DNA of 63,005 bases, the filler included, from Octopus bimaculoides (taxonomy: Eukaryota): the NCBI RefSeq assembly GCF_001194135.2. It is 5 parts of 5 records of this genome, joined end to end, with 100 filler letters (N's around TTAATTAATTAA, not from the genome) between each part and the next. Parts side by side here need not be neighbours in the genome. Positions count along the whole stretch, not along the records: positions 1 to 23,079 come from NC_069005.1; positions 23,180 to 40,677 come from NC_068992.1; 3 more parts are not named here. One strand, written 5' to 3'. Positions within the stretch are counted from its first letter, which is position 1. The number at the start of each line of letters is the position of its first letter. Positions 12,550 to 25,382 of the stretch are shown piece after piece. The notes under the pieces are model-generated. The model made no database searches. It was not told the origin of the DNA and saw only the letters and a list, made by a program, of their open reading frames with translations. The position numbers and the translations under genes are program-made.

Positions 12550-12990
12550 ACACACTCTCTCTCTCTCTCTCTCACTCTCTCATTCCCTCTCGCTTACACA
12601 CACACTCTCTCTCTCTCTCTTACACACACATACACTCTCTCTTACACACACTCTCTCTCTCTTACACACACACACACTCTCTCTTACACACACTCTCTCT
12701 CTCTTACACACACACACACACTCTCTTACACACACTCTCTCTCTCTTCCTCTCTCTCTCTTCCTCTCTCTCTCTTCCTCTCTCTCTCTTCCTCTCTCTCT
12801 CTTCCTCTCTCTCTATCTTCCCCTCTCTCTCTTCCTCTCTCTCTCTTCCTCTCTCTCTCTTCCTCTCTCTCTTCCTCTCTCTCTGTCTTCCTCTCTCTCT
12901 CTTCCTCTCTCTCTCTTCCTCTCTCTCTCTTCCTCTCTCTCTCTCTTCCTCTCTCTCTCTCTCTCTCTTCCTCTCTCTCTCTCACACACA
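12550..12990 (+). repeat. Compound (TC)n/(AC)n/(CTCTCTCTTC)n repeat
   Basis: Directly visible. Confidence 0.95.
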
Positions 12991-13658
12991 CACGCACTCC
13001 CGTCCGGTCTGTCCTTTTAACCTCCACCTGTTTCCCCTCCTCCTTCTCCTCTTCTGTCTGCGCCGCCGCCGTCGCCCCATCATTGACAGGTCTCTCACCA
13101 GGCCGCCGTCTCATCAATGTCAACTGGACAAGACGTAAAAATTATATTTAAATGAATCACTTTATGTTAATTGTCCAATAAAATAGCGTCATATAACAGA
13201 CTAATGTCTGTACAGGATATCATAATAGAGTTATATAACTAACGTCTGGCCAGGATATTATAATCATGTTATATAATAATGATTTAACTATTATGTAACT
13301 CTACAGTCATTAGAGAGAGTGGGGGAGAGAGGAAGGGTGAGAGAGAGAGAGGAAGGGTGAGAGAGAGAGGGGGGAGAGAGAGAAAGAGTGAGAACATTAT
13401 CATCGGCATTCAGAATTGATATCCGCTATCAGAGTATAAATACTATGACCACCAACAGCAACTAAACGACAATCTCTACACCCGCAATACGATCATAGCG
13501 CCATGAACGTCCCCACCTACCGCTGCTCATTCTGCCAATAGCACCGGTATAATCGGGGATACTACCTCGGCCGAGACCTGCCCACTCCCCCATCTCACAT
13601 ACTATCAATGCGTTCATGAATATGTCTGTCTATCAATCTTTCTACTTATATGTTTTTT

Positions 13659-13712
<54 letters not shown>

Positions 13713-14300
13713 NNNNNNNNNNNNNNNNNNNNNNNNNNNNNNNNNNNNNNNNNNNNNNNNNNNNNNNNNNNNNNNNNNNNNNNNNNNNNNNNNNNNNNNN
13801 NNNNNNNNNNNNNNNNNNNNNNNNNNNNNNNNNNNNNNNNNNNNNNNNNNNNNNNNNNNTATATATATATATATATATGTATCCACACACACACACAAGC
13901 ACACACATAATTAAACAGAAAACAAAAGAGAGGGAGAGAGACAGGTGAGGGAACAACAAACAAAATGTATTACTTTTGACGCGCAGGAAGAGTCTTTGAC
14001 GTTCCGCAGCCGACGCCTTTCTAAAGAATAGAATGATTAAAGAAAACAGATGCAGAGACGATAAATAGCAGAGAGGAAAATCAGCGTTGTTGCAGATGTT
14101 GGATTGAATAAGTATCTATAAGTGTTTGCCTTAATATTACATCAGGGATATAATATATAAGTTCTTGCATTCAAATTTGGTAAAGAGCAAACGAGTTATT
14201 GGAGACGTAAGATAATAATACAGACTTTTGGTAGAGAAATATAAGATGGGTAGGAAATAACCATAGAAAATAATTACAATTTTCCCCTTCTGATAATATA

Positions 14301-14515
14301 CGAAGGGGTGTTGAGAAGTTTCTGGCTTTGAGTAAAAGAAAATAGAAGTAGATCCTTTAATTATCAACATATCCGCCCTACCTCTCATATTTACATACTC
14401 ATTGCAACGGTCCTTCAGTTTTTTTGTAAGCCCGGTAGAAGGACCCGGATGGTTGGGCTTCCAACCAGACATTTCGCGATACCCTTAAAGCGAAGACCTT
14501 TCCAGCATCCCCTCG
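14301..14515. mobile_element. Tc1/mariner-type MITE
   Basis: Imperfect TIRs CGAAGGGGTGTTGAGAAGTTTCTGGCTTT / AAAGCGAAGACCTTTCCAGCATCCCCTCG, TA on the left and TG on the right; same TIR family as 51890-52052. Confidence 0.7.
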
Positions 14516-14857
14516 TGTTATGAAGACCATTAATGTCTGTAAACTGTGTTGCAGATCTAGTAATGCATGGTTGGTCAATTAATCCTGCTATAATCCATAT
14601 GAGGATATATGTTAAGTGTTAACACCGGCTAGGAAGCTCGGTGAGCGACTATCTCGCTTATGTAGCAATCCTAATATTTTTGCATAGTTACAAAAAGTGG
14701 TTTGAGATTTGTTTCATAAAACTGTTTTCATTTGAATTCTTATAAAGTAGTGTTGGTTTATTTTCAAGTAAATAAGGACTATTCCTAAATTAGAGACAAA
14801 GGGTTTTCTTAAACTAAATTCTATAAACATGCTCATTATATATTTCTTATGTTGCAG

Positions 14858-14869
14858 TCATTCAAATCG
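14858..14869 (+). other. Candidate 12-nt microexon TCATTCAAATCG
   Basis: TATTTCTTATGTTGCAG acceptor immediately followed by 12 nt and G|GTAAGA donor; no stop in any frame. Confidence 0.35.
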
Positions 14870-15015
14870 GTAAGATTTTCCGATTGTGGTTAGATTTTGT
14901 GAGATTTCCCGGCTGTCGTCACATTACAACTTACTTCCCAGCTGTCGTGAAATTTCGAGCTACTTCTCAGCTGTCATCAAATTTTGTAAGATTTCCCTGC
15001 TATCGTTCAAACAAA
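14862..15015 (+). repeat. Degenerate ~29-bp minisatellite (GAGATTTCCCGGCTGTCGT...)
   Basis: About five diverged units sharing an ATTTCC/TTCCC...GCTGTC core. Confidence 0.6.
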
Positions 15016-16937
15016 AACCTTTTGCAGTGTGTTGTCTTTTTATCGGTGTTTAAAATGTAATAGTCGCTTAATATACAGGGTTAGTGCCATCACGCTGGTG
15101 CGAAAGTGTGCTAGTAGCATAAATTTCTTTGACCATACAGTTATCTTAGTTCTATTGTCATTCAGCAAAACTTAGTCTTCGGCTGAAAACTAGGAAATTC
15201 CTAAAAGTTATACAAAATGGCCGCCCACTCACGACTAACTTATAAAAAACAACAACAACAACTATGTTTCTTGGATAAAGTTCGTATTTTTTATACTTGT
15301 ATTATAAATGGGCAAAAGGTACAACCGGAGATTGAACACTTAGTGCTATCATATCCTGTCTTATTATTAAGGTGAATTAAACTTTTTTGGCGACAAAATG
15401 TGTCTGTGTGTGTATATGTAACTATGCGTCTGTGTGTTTGTGTGTGTGGGTATGCGTTTTGAATGTATGTATTTATGTGAGTACAGCTGAATGGCTGGAT
15501 GAGTCTGTGTGTTTTAAATATAGGAATATATGTGTGCAAGTAAGTATCTACTGCTTATCAGAGTGATTTTGAGTGGAGGCGATGGGACGCAGCAGTGAAG
15601 CTGCTTCAGTTTGTCTTCTTATGAATAACATTTACACTTAGCATACACACACATATATGTCTTAACACTAGTATATACACATGTGTGTGTGTGTGTGTGT
15701 GTCTGTGCATGTATATATATATATATATATATATNNNNNNNNNNNNNNNNNNNNNNNNNNNNNNNNNNNNNNNNNNNNNNNNNNNNNNNNNNNNNNNNNN
15801 NNNNNNNNNNNNNNNNNNNNNNNNNNNNNNNNNNNNNNNNNNNNNNNNNNNNNNNNNNNNNNNNNNNNNNNNNNNNNNNNNNNNNNNNNNNNNNNNNNNN
15901 NNNNNNNNNNNNNNNNNNNNNNNNNNNNNNNNNNNNNNNNNNNNNNNNNNNNNNNNNNNNNNNNNNNNNNNNNNNNNNNNNNNNNNNNNNNNNNNNNNNN
16001 NNNNNNNNNNNNNNNNNNNNNNNNNNNNNNNNNNNNNNNNNNNNNNNNNNNNNNNNNNNNNNNNNNNNNNNNNNNNNNNNNNNNNNNNNNNNNNNNNNNN
16101 NNNNNNNNNNNNNNNNNNATATATATATATATATATATATATATATACGTACGTACATACCTACATACACACACACATGCACACATACACACGCACGCAC
16201 ACACACATATATGTATGTATGTATATGCATGTGTCTATGAATATCAGTCTGTATGTAGACGCGCACATCTATATATAGGCATGTGTTTGTGTGATGGCAA
16301 CACCTTTCTCAATAGCTCTACACCTGAGCGTGTTGTGCAATTCCAGAGCCACTAAAATCCTATTCAAACTCTCAATTAAGGTCTTCATTTGTTTAGACAC
16401 AATTTCCAAGTGATTCGATGATTTTAGAAAAGTTTCGAGGCGTTTACACAATGTTTCATAAATTGTCTTAGGATATTAACTGTTATTACTTAAGAGCTTT
16501 GTACGGAAATATCGATAGATTCCTTACATTTTGCTTCAGTGTCTGTCTGTCTGTCCGTCTGGTTGTGTTTTTGTTTTCTTTCTTAACTCTCCCGCTCTCT
16601 TTTTATTCCCCGATCTCTCTTCATCTATATCTGTCGCTCTTTCTCTCTCGCATTGCCATCTACCCGCTACCTCCCTGTGCATTAATTTATATATGTCTAT
16701 ACATATGTTTGGGTATACATATATACAAGAAAGAGAGAGACAGAGGGAGAGTGTAAGAGAGAGAGAGACAGAGAGACAGTGAGAGAGAGAGAGGGAGACA
16801 GAGAGAGTGGGAGAGAGAGAGAAATGAATTGATAGGTAAATATCTGTATGTATATGGTAAAGCAACTTATTTTTCCAGTTAACATATCATATACGTTTAC
16901 AACACCTATTTTATACTACTACTACTACTACTACTAC

Positions 16938-16980
<43 letters not shown>

Positions 16981-17379
16981 AATAATCTTTTATTGCCTAC
17001 TCGGGTCCAAGTTATTAGGACCTGTAGAAAAGCTGAAATAGAAGGGAAAAAATAACAAGGTTGACACGCTGCGGGGTGGCTTGGTGTGACGTGGCCTGAC
17101 GTGGCGGGTAATTAATGGGTAATTGGGTGAGATCAATAAAAACACATTAATAAATAGATATTAATGAAGATCAATAATGGTATCAATAATAATTATAGCT
17201 GTCAGTGCCACAGCATAACACACAGTCCATCTTCTGTACACGACGCAGTCATATTCTACGCTATCGCTGTCAAACAATATAACATATTTTCTAAATTCAT
17301 CATGAAATGCAGAAGACGACATTTCTGCAGAATTACCACACAACGACGTGCAAACTCACCAATCGATACTAGGCCACAT

Positions 17380-17494
17380 GGACGTGGTTGTGAGGCAAGA
17401 AGCTTGATTCCCAACCACATGTTTTAAGGATCCCACTGAGTGGTGTCTTAGGCAAAGTCTTGTGAGTGGGTCTGGTAGACGGAAACTGAAAAAA
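17380..17494 (+). mobile_element. CORE-type SINE, internally deleted (left arm of inverted pair)
   Basis: Similar to 10753-10915; ends GGTAGACGGAAACTGAAAAAA. Confidence 0.7.
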
Positions 17495-17668
17495 CGACGG
17501 GCTTCTTTTAGTTTCCGTGTACCAAATCTACTCACAAGGTAGTAGACACTTGCCCACATTGTACCAAATCTACTCACATTGGAGTAGACACTTGCCCAAA
17601 GTGTCACACCGTGGGACTGAACCCGAACCAATGTAGTTGGGAAGCAAACTTCTTACTACCCAGGCACG
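17495..17668 (-). mobile_element. CORE-type SINE with ~42-bp internal duplication (right arm of inverted pair)
   Basis: Reverse complement of the same family; GTACCAAATCTACTCACA...AGTAGACACTTGCCCA occurs twice. Confidence 0.75.
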
Positions 17669-18309
17669 TATATTCTCACACATCCTCGACACCCGTCTCT
17701 ATTGTAGGAACAACTCACATTCCATACAATTACAATCCATTGATACTATACAATCGATACAGTGTTCAACTGACACAGCGTATATGAATCATAACCATCC
17801 TCCTTCATAGGTCACATGTCTCACATAACAGAATCTACTACTTGACAACAAATAATTAACGATAAAATAATAATAAATCTAGAAGCAGTAAACAAAATTC
17901 AACAAACAAATCTAAACTTTTAAAACATAACAAAAATAATTGTAGATTTGCTGCAGATAAGGCAGCGCTCACTTTAAAGACATGCATTAAAGTGGGTGGT
18001 TCATTGACTTTCTGGATTGGCAGGTGAGGATGTGTGGCGAGGCTGGTAGACTGATTTTTGGTTAGATTTGATAATGGTCAAAGGTACATGATGATACAGA
18101 GAAGAGAGAAAAAGTGGGTGTATAAGTGTTTGTATGTGTGTGAGAGAGGGAAAGAAGGTGAGGGGAAGAGAGTGAGAGTCGGGTTTGTATTGAAGCGTTG
18201 GTGGTAATTGCGCTGTATACAGAGATAACACTAAGCGATGAGGTGGGGAAATGATAAGGCGTTTGTTTATAGCTGTCAGCATATATCTGAATATTCTAAT
18301 GAAATCTTC

Positions 18310-18344
<35 letters not shown>

Positions 18345-18636
18345 CAAACACGCACGGACACACACACATGCACGCACGCACACACACACACACACATACA
18401 CACACACACACACACAAACACACCCACACACACACATATATATATGTCAGGCGTTTCCTCTATGAATGCAAGTCACGCAATACATGCCCTGGGTATATAA
18501 AATGAAGGCAAATAACAAATCATTTTATTATATATCCTTCATTTTCGTGCGACGTGATTGGTGAGGTGGATCACGCATACGAGATGTACCCTAAAGTGCA
18601 TGGATTCGTGTGTCCCTTTCTGTGTCAATCTATCTG

Positions 18637-18703
<67 letters not shown>

Positions 18704-18829
18704 GTTTATTTACCTGCCCCTCTCTCTATCTATCTATCCATCTTTCTCTCTCTCTCTCTTTATCCATCTATCTATCAATCTCTCACCTGTATTTATGCAT
18801 GCTATGCATGCTGTTGTCGTAATTGTTGC

Positions 18830-19319
18830 AGATATAGTCGATGTTATTTTTCGAGATATTGTTGCACCTGTTGTTGTTGTTGTAGCAGCAGCAGCAGCAG
18901 CAGCAAAAATAGCAGCATCATCAGTTGCAGTAGTAGTGGTAGTAGTAGTAGTAGCAGTAGTCGCCGTCGTCGTCGTAGAAGCAGCAGCAGCAACAGCAGC
19001 AGCAGCAGTAATTGTTGTTGTTGTTCCTGCTATTCGTTTAGTTAATCTTGCTGCAACTTCTTTATGTCATTGCTATGGTTGTTGTTGTTGTTTCTGTTGG
19101 CCAGCGTCATTAGTCATTAGTCATTAGTCGTAGCTTTTGATCTACTTCAGATCATCGTCGTTGCCGCTGCTGCTGCTGCCATGGTTGTTGTTGCTTTTGC
19201 TGTTGTTATAGTTGTTGTTATTGCCGTTGTTGCATTTGCCCTGGTTACAAATTTCACGTCAGACTACGTTCCTTTGAACTCTTTATTAATTTACAAACCA
19301 TTTACATCTTTTGTTGTTG

Positions 19320-19396
<77 letters not shown>

Positions 19397-19410
19397 TATA
19401 TCGATATTAA
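18830..19410 (+). repeat. Compound triplet low-complexity region (GTT/GCA/GTA/ATT)n
   Basis: Directly visible. Confidence 0.85.
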
Positions 19411-19705
19411 TTAATTAATTTGTCGTTAATACTTAATTTACTTCACTTTTGTATTGTTAAAGATTTTTGTACAGATTTGGCGGAAGGGTTGCGGAGGTGT
19501 TGGTGTTGTTGCGTTGTAGCACACTATGGTGACTGATGAATCTCTTTCCAGTCTGTTATTGCGACTTGTTGTGAAAGATGTTCACCTGTAAGAGACAGAG
19601 TGATGAGTGGTGCGCTGAGATGTATGGCTTTTGATCTGAAAGGTCTTGGAGGACCTCCTACCTTAAGCCATGGACACCACAAATTCCCTCACAGTGGATC
19701 AAAAA

Positions 19706-19784
<79 letters not shown>

Positions 19785-21314
19785 GGCAAATGAAAGATGG
19801 AAGATGGAATATGCGAGAATTTATTATTAATCACGGCAATTGTTTCGACACATCTAGCATCGATGCCTCACGGGTGGTACACTTCACATATGGTTCAGGA
19901 GCATCCAGTGGTGCAGATGTATCACATCGGGTGATAAATAAATACAACTCGTTAAAATAGCTGTTCTGCAATGTAACTTCTCGTTTTGTAGAAAGAGAAA
20001 CAGCCAGACAGAAGAAATATCTTCATTTATATAGAAGATCAAGAATAAAATTATAGATGTAAAAATGAAACAAAAACGCAATAAACACACACACACACAT
20101 ACACAACAACAACAACAACAACAATATACATATTGACATATGAATGTATGTAGACATAATGCATACTCACGTACATTTGTGTATCTGTGTATGTACATAC
20201 GTCTATGCTCTTTCGTACGTTTGAAATTATGTGATCCTATGTATTTGTGTGATTGTGCGTGGCATTCGTTTTCACCTGATGTTAAGCGGTAAAGAATATC
20301 TATGTGTCTTGGAAACAAGAAGCACCAAAACATCAGAGTAAATGAATTGAGATATTCCATAAATAACTCACAATTAAAATTGTATGACAAACAGACAGAG
20401 AATTCGACATACACAGGTACAAAGGCACACAGATATATACATAAAATGATAGCTGTATGAAGACACGGACACACACACAGAAACGGTGACCGATACACAG
20501 ATTGGGAAATTGATACATACATAGAAAAGATAGAGAAAGAGATGAGTAGAAAACAGGGGGCGGGGTGAGGGAGTAGATAGATACAAGTTAAATATAGATT
20601 TATATTTAACAACGAATCAATACTTTTATATTTAACAAGAGAATTCACTCTTTCTCACCCTCTCTCTTTCTCTCTTCCTTCCAAATTTCCCCCTCATTTA
20701 CTACACCCGTTACTCAATTCTCAGTACCATATTACAATACACACATTGATGCCTTACATTTTTTAACACTTCATTTTTCAAATCTGTTTCCATGAACTTT
20801 CTAAAACGCCCTCCCCCTGTGTTTCGTAGTTATATCATGTTTTTAAATCCGCCACTTTTGATATATTTGTAATACCTTCGGAGATGTTTCTAGTGACACA
20901 AGAAAAAGAACTCACCTTGAACAACATTTTCAGGAGGTGTATTAAGCTTCCTGCAATGCCTTTCACTGATAATATAATTCAGTCAAATTGGCATGGTAGC
21001 ACATCATAATGGTATACATAACTTTATAAAACATAAAACATGGAATGACCAGACTTTAATCACACATCTCTACAATTGTTTCTGTGCATTAGTAATAGCT
21101 GTTACTTGCTGAGTTCTCCATATACATATTGTATAAATATTATTTATTCGCATGTCGTCAGGTGAGAGGGTTTGTGAGCACTGCTGTTACCCAGTTGATA
21201 TTATNNNNNNNNNNNNNNNNNNNNNNNNNNNNNNNNNNNNNNNNNNNNNNNNNNNNNNNNNNNNNNNNNNNNNNNNNNNNNNNNNNNNNNNNNNNNNNNN
21301 NNNNNNNNNNNNNN

Positions 21315-21351
<37 letters not shown>

Positions 21352-21772
21352 TATAATATATATGGGCATGTAATGAATTTTCGAAGGATCTATGAGAGTA
21401 GAACGATGGGATATTTCCGATGCAGCACTCAAACTGATCTTTAAGCTATGTATGTTGTCGAATTTTAGTCTTAAGTAACATCGAAATTCTTCAGATATAG
21501 AAAATGCGGGTATCACAAATGTAAAAAACATTGTGTGGGTTTAGTAAAGATTAAGATATAATCCAAATAAGATAAAAATAGATTATGTCACACACTTAAT
21601 GACCAGTTCCAATTGTTTGAAGGACAGGTTTAACCATCAGAACTGCCACTCTGAGATTATATAAATTATATAAATATTATTTTGTATATATTAGGTGAAC
21701 TGATGTGGAAAGTAGAGTTCGTACAAGTCATTAAAGGTGTGATACAATCTTTCTTTGCCTTCTTTGTAAATT

Positions 21773-21811
<39 letters not shown>

Positions 21812-22201
21812 GTACATATATATGTGGCGAGGGTGTATATGATATATGCATTCATGAATGTATATGTATTAAGAAGGTATTGGAACACCTACAGCATATA
21901 TGAGATTAAAATTTTAAACAAAGTTCTGATGTTTTGCTCAGTAAATGCAGACGAATCCCGCCTATGGCTTTAACGACGCCGAAGTCAAGCGATTAGTCAT
22001 TTAGATTGGTTACTGTCACTACTGTGAGTCTTATTGTTAAACTTTTGCTATTCATTTCACGATGGCGCTAAAAGTAAGATTATTATTCGTGTGTTTGTAA
22101 CTTTGCTTAAAAGTTACATTTCGTATCGATAATTCTGTTTATGCAATGAATTGATACACACTGAGTTTATGTCACTGTTCTGAAAGTTGTGACTGCCCAA
22201 G

Positions 22202-22250
22202 TCTCTCCCAGCTTCTCCCAGCCTCTCCCAGTCTCTCCCAGCCTCTCCCA
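22202..22250 (+). repeat. 10-bp tandem repeat (TCTCCCAGCC)-like x5
   Basis: Directly visible. Confidence 0.85.
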
Positions 22251-23030
22251 TTATAACTGGTGCACTCGCTTTTGTTAGTAATTGCCTAAAGTGACAATCT
22301 GCATAAGCTAGTGTTTTCGGAAAAGAAATCAACCAAATAACTCGCACATTACAAACGCAATCTGTAAGCGGAACAGTAAAAATATGCAAGACTTTTCTCA
22401 GGTTTAAAATGTCAATTTGTTTTTGTTATCTACATTTCAACAATGGAGCTTTGTATCTTTGCTAGAATCCAACTCCTTCCTAACTGAAAGACTTCAAGTA
22501 TTCAAAACTAGAAGAGAACATACACATAAATCTCACTACACGTATATACATACATCTATCCATACACATATAAAACATAAACACATTCCCATACGCAGGC
22601 ACGCACGCACAGACAAGCTTTAACACAAAAATGCGTACACACACACATCGCGCGCGCAGAATACTCATATAAATCGCTGCGATCGGCAATCCGAAAGATC
22701 TGAATGGAAATCATGAAAGGGACTTGAGATAAGGCTAAACGCTAAAGAGAAGCCAACAGTGACAGATGGCTTATTGTCAATCTAAGAGGCAAAACGTAAA
22801 AAGAGCGGGAAAAGGAAAAGGTGATTGGCGAAAAACGAAATATAAAAGGGAATCATAATGGCTGATAGAAAATATCAAAATATCAAATCTGATATTTATT
22901 ATTAATATAGAGGCGAGAGAAAAACAGCGTAAATCTGTGCTATATTAACGACCTTAGAAAAATCTGTAGGCTGTTAATGTGTTGGTTGGGATTGAATTGA
23001 GGAGCGAAAAATAGCTCTACGTATATACAA

Positions 23031-23079
<49 letters not shown>

Positions 23080-23818
23080 NNNNNNNNNNNNNNNNNNNNN
23101 NNNNNNNNNNNNNNNNNNNNNNNTTAATTAATTAANNNNNNNNNNNNNNNNNNNNNNNNNNNNNNNNNNNNNNNNNNNNTATATATATATATATATATAT
23201 ATCAGTATATCGATTTATCTATAAATATAACTACCATTCTCTTTCTCTTTCATTCTCCACTTCCCCTCTCCACCTCCACTCTCTCCTTGTGTATATCTAT
23301 AACTTCCTGTCTATATGCATACTCGCACCCTCTTGAATATTCACAAACACATTCATACAGACAGAGAGGCAGACAGACAGACAGACAGACAAACAGGTAG
23401 GTAGATAGATAGATAGATAGATAGGTAAATGCTTAATGCATATATGCATACATCGTTATATGTATATAACAATAGATATATAAAATATGTAATGTAAACG
23501 TATTGAAAAACAAATGCTTACTTCTATGTTCTTACAGAAGAAGCTCTGGGACGTTTGTTTAGTCGCGTTCATGTCGCAGAAACATGGTCCATGTCCAGGG
23601 AGTATATATACAAACGCACACACACACACACACATATATATACATACATAATTACACACTAAAAGGCACATGTACACACATGCACGAACACATACATAAT
23701 TTCTTGAAGTTATACCCATTGGCTTGCTTTACCCATCATTAAGTTGGCATCGTATATTTTATGTGTATTGTTTCATATACGTATATGCATACTTACTTAC
23801 CTATGTGTATACATGTGT

Positions 23819-23851
<33 letters not shown>

Positions 23852-23883
23852 ATTATATATAATACACACACACATACACACAC

Positions 23884-23929
<46 letters not shown>

Positions 23930-25039
23930 NNNNNNNNNNNNNNNNNNNNNNNNNNNNNNNNNNNNNNNNNNNNNNNNNNNNNNNNNNNNNNNNNNNNNNN
24001 NNNNNNNNNNNNNNNNNNNNNNNNNNNNNNNNNNNNNNNNNNNNNNNNNNNNNNNNNNNNNNNNNNNNNNNNNNNNNNNNNNNNNNNNNNNNNNNNNNNN
24101 NNNNNNNNNNNNNNNNNNNNNNNNNNNNNNNNNNNNNNNNNNNNNNNNNNNNNNNNNNNNNNNNNNNNNNNNNNNNNNNNNNNNNNNNNNNNNNNNNNNN
24201 NNNNNNNNNNNNNNNNNNNNNNNNNNNNNNNNNNNNNNNNNNNNNNNNNNNNNNNNNNNNNNNNNNNNNNNNNNNNNNNNNNNNNNNNNNNNNNNNNNNN
24301 NNNNNNNNNNNNNNNNNNNNNNNNNNNNNNNNNNNNNNNNNNNNNNNNNNNNNNNNNNNNNNNNNNNNNNNNNNNNNNNNNNNNNNNNNNNNNNNNNNNN
24401 NNNNNNNNNNNNNNNNNNNNNNNNNATATAAACGCACCTTTATATGTGTGTATATACACACATACACACATATGCATATATATGTATATACCAATATAAG
24501 TATATCTATCTATATATATATATTCAAACTTTATGTGAGATGTATTGATTTTTTTTCTGTTTACTTTTCATACCGATTCATCCTGGTTGTATTTGAGGAA
24601 TATTTTTACAGATATTGCTCTAATTTTATGATTTAAGTTTATATAAATAATTGTTGGAATCATTTATGTTGAGTTTTCTGTCTCTAAAGAGTTCTGCTTG
24701 ATTTTCACGACATTTCGAATTCGTTTATGATACGACCCTGTTTTACTTTACGTCAGTCATGGGTATTTAAACAAATCTATTTTTTCAAAGGCCCTTTAGA
24801 TTCCTGCCGTTGAATATCATAGACGAGAGGTTATTGACTCACATTCATCTTGTGGAACCATGAAGCCAAGTCAATGTCCTGGTTATATTTATATAATTTA
24901 CTTTAATCTCATTTTATTTTCTCTATTTTTTTGTTTTTTCATTTTGTTAGTTTTAGTTTTGTATTATGTTTTATGTATGTAAACACACACACATATATGC
25001 ATGTATTCATGTATTTATATATACACATATTTGTTTGTA

Positions 25040-25070
<31 letters not shown>

Positions 25071-25382
25071 NNNNNNNNNNNNNNNNNNNNNNNNNNNNNN
25101 NNNNNNNNNNNNNNNNNNNNNNNNNNNNNNNNNNNNNNNNNNNNNNNNNNNNNNNNNNNNNNNNNNNNNNNNNNNNNNNNNNNNNNNNNNNNNNNNNNNN
25201 NNNNNNNNNNNNNNNNNNNNNNNNNNNNNNNNNNNNNNNNNNNNNNNNNNNNNNNNNNNNNNNNNNNNNNNNNNNNNNNNNNNNNNNNNNNNNNNNNNNN
25301 NNNNNNNNNNNNNNNNNNNNNNNNNNNNNNNNNNNNNNNNNNNNNNNNNNNNNNNNNNNNNNNNNNNNNNNNNNNNNNNNNN

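Noticed and set aside
18760-19250. Ala/Val/Thr/Ser-rich ORFs resembling mucin or homopolymer proteins
   Set aside because: Compound triplet repeats are open in several frames by construction; no splice or domain support
23080-23179. TTAATTAATTAA isolated inside N runs (also 40722-40733, 58679-58690, 61078-61089)
   Set aside because: Each is exactly 44 N + 12 bp + 44 N = 100 bp, and the 12-mer gives stop codons in all six frames: an artificial scaffolding spacer, not biology
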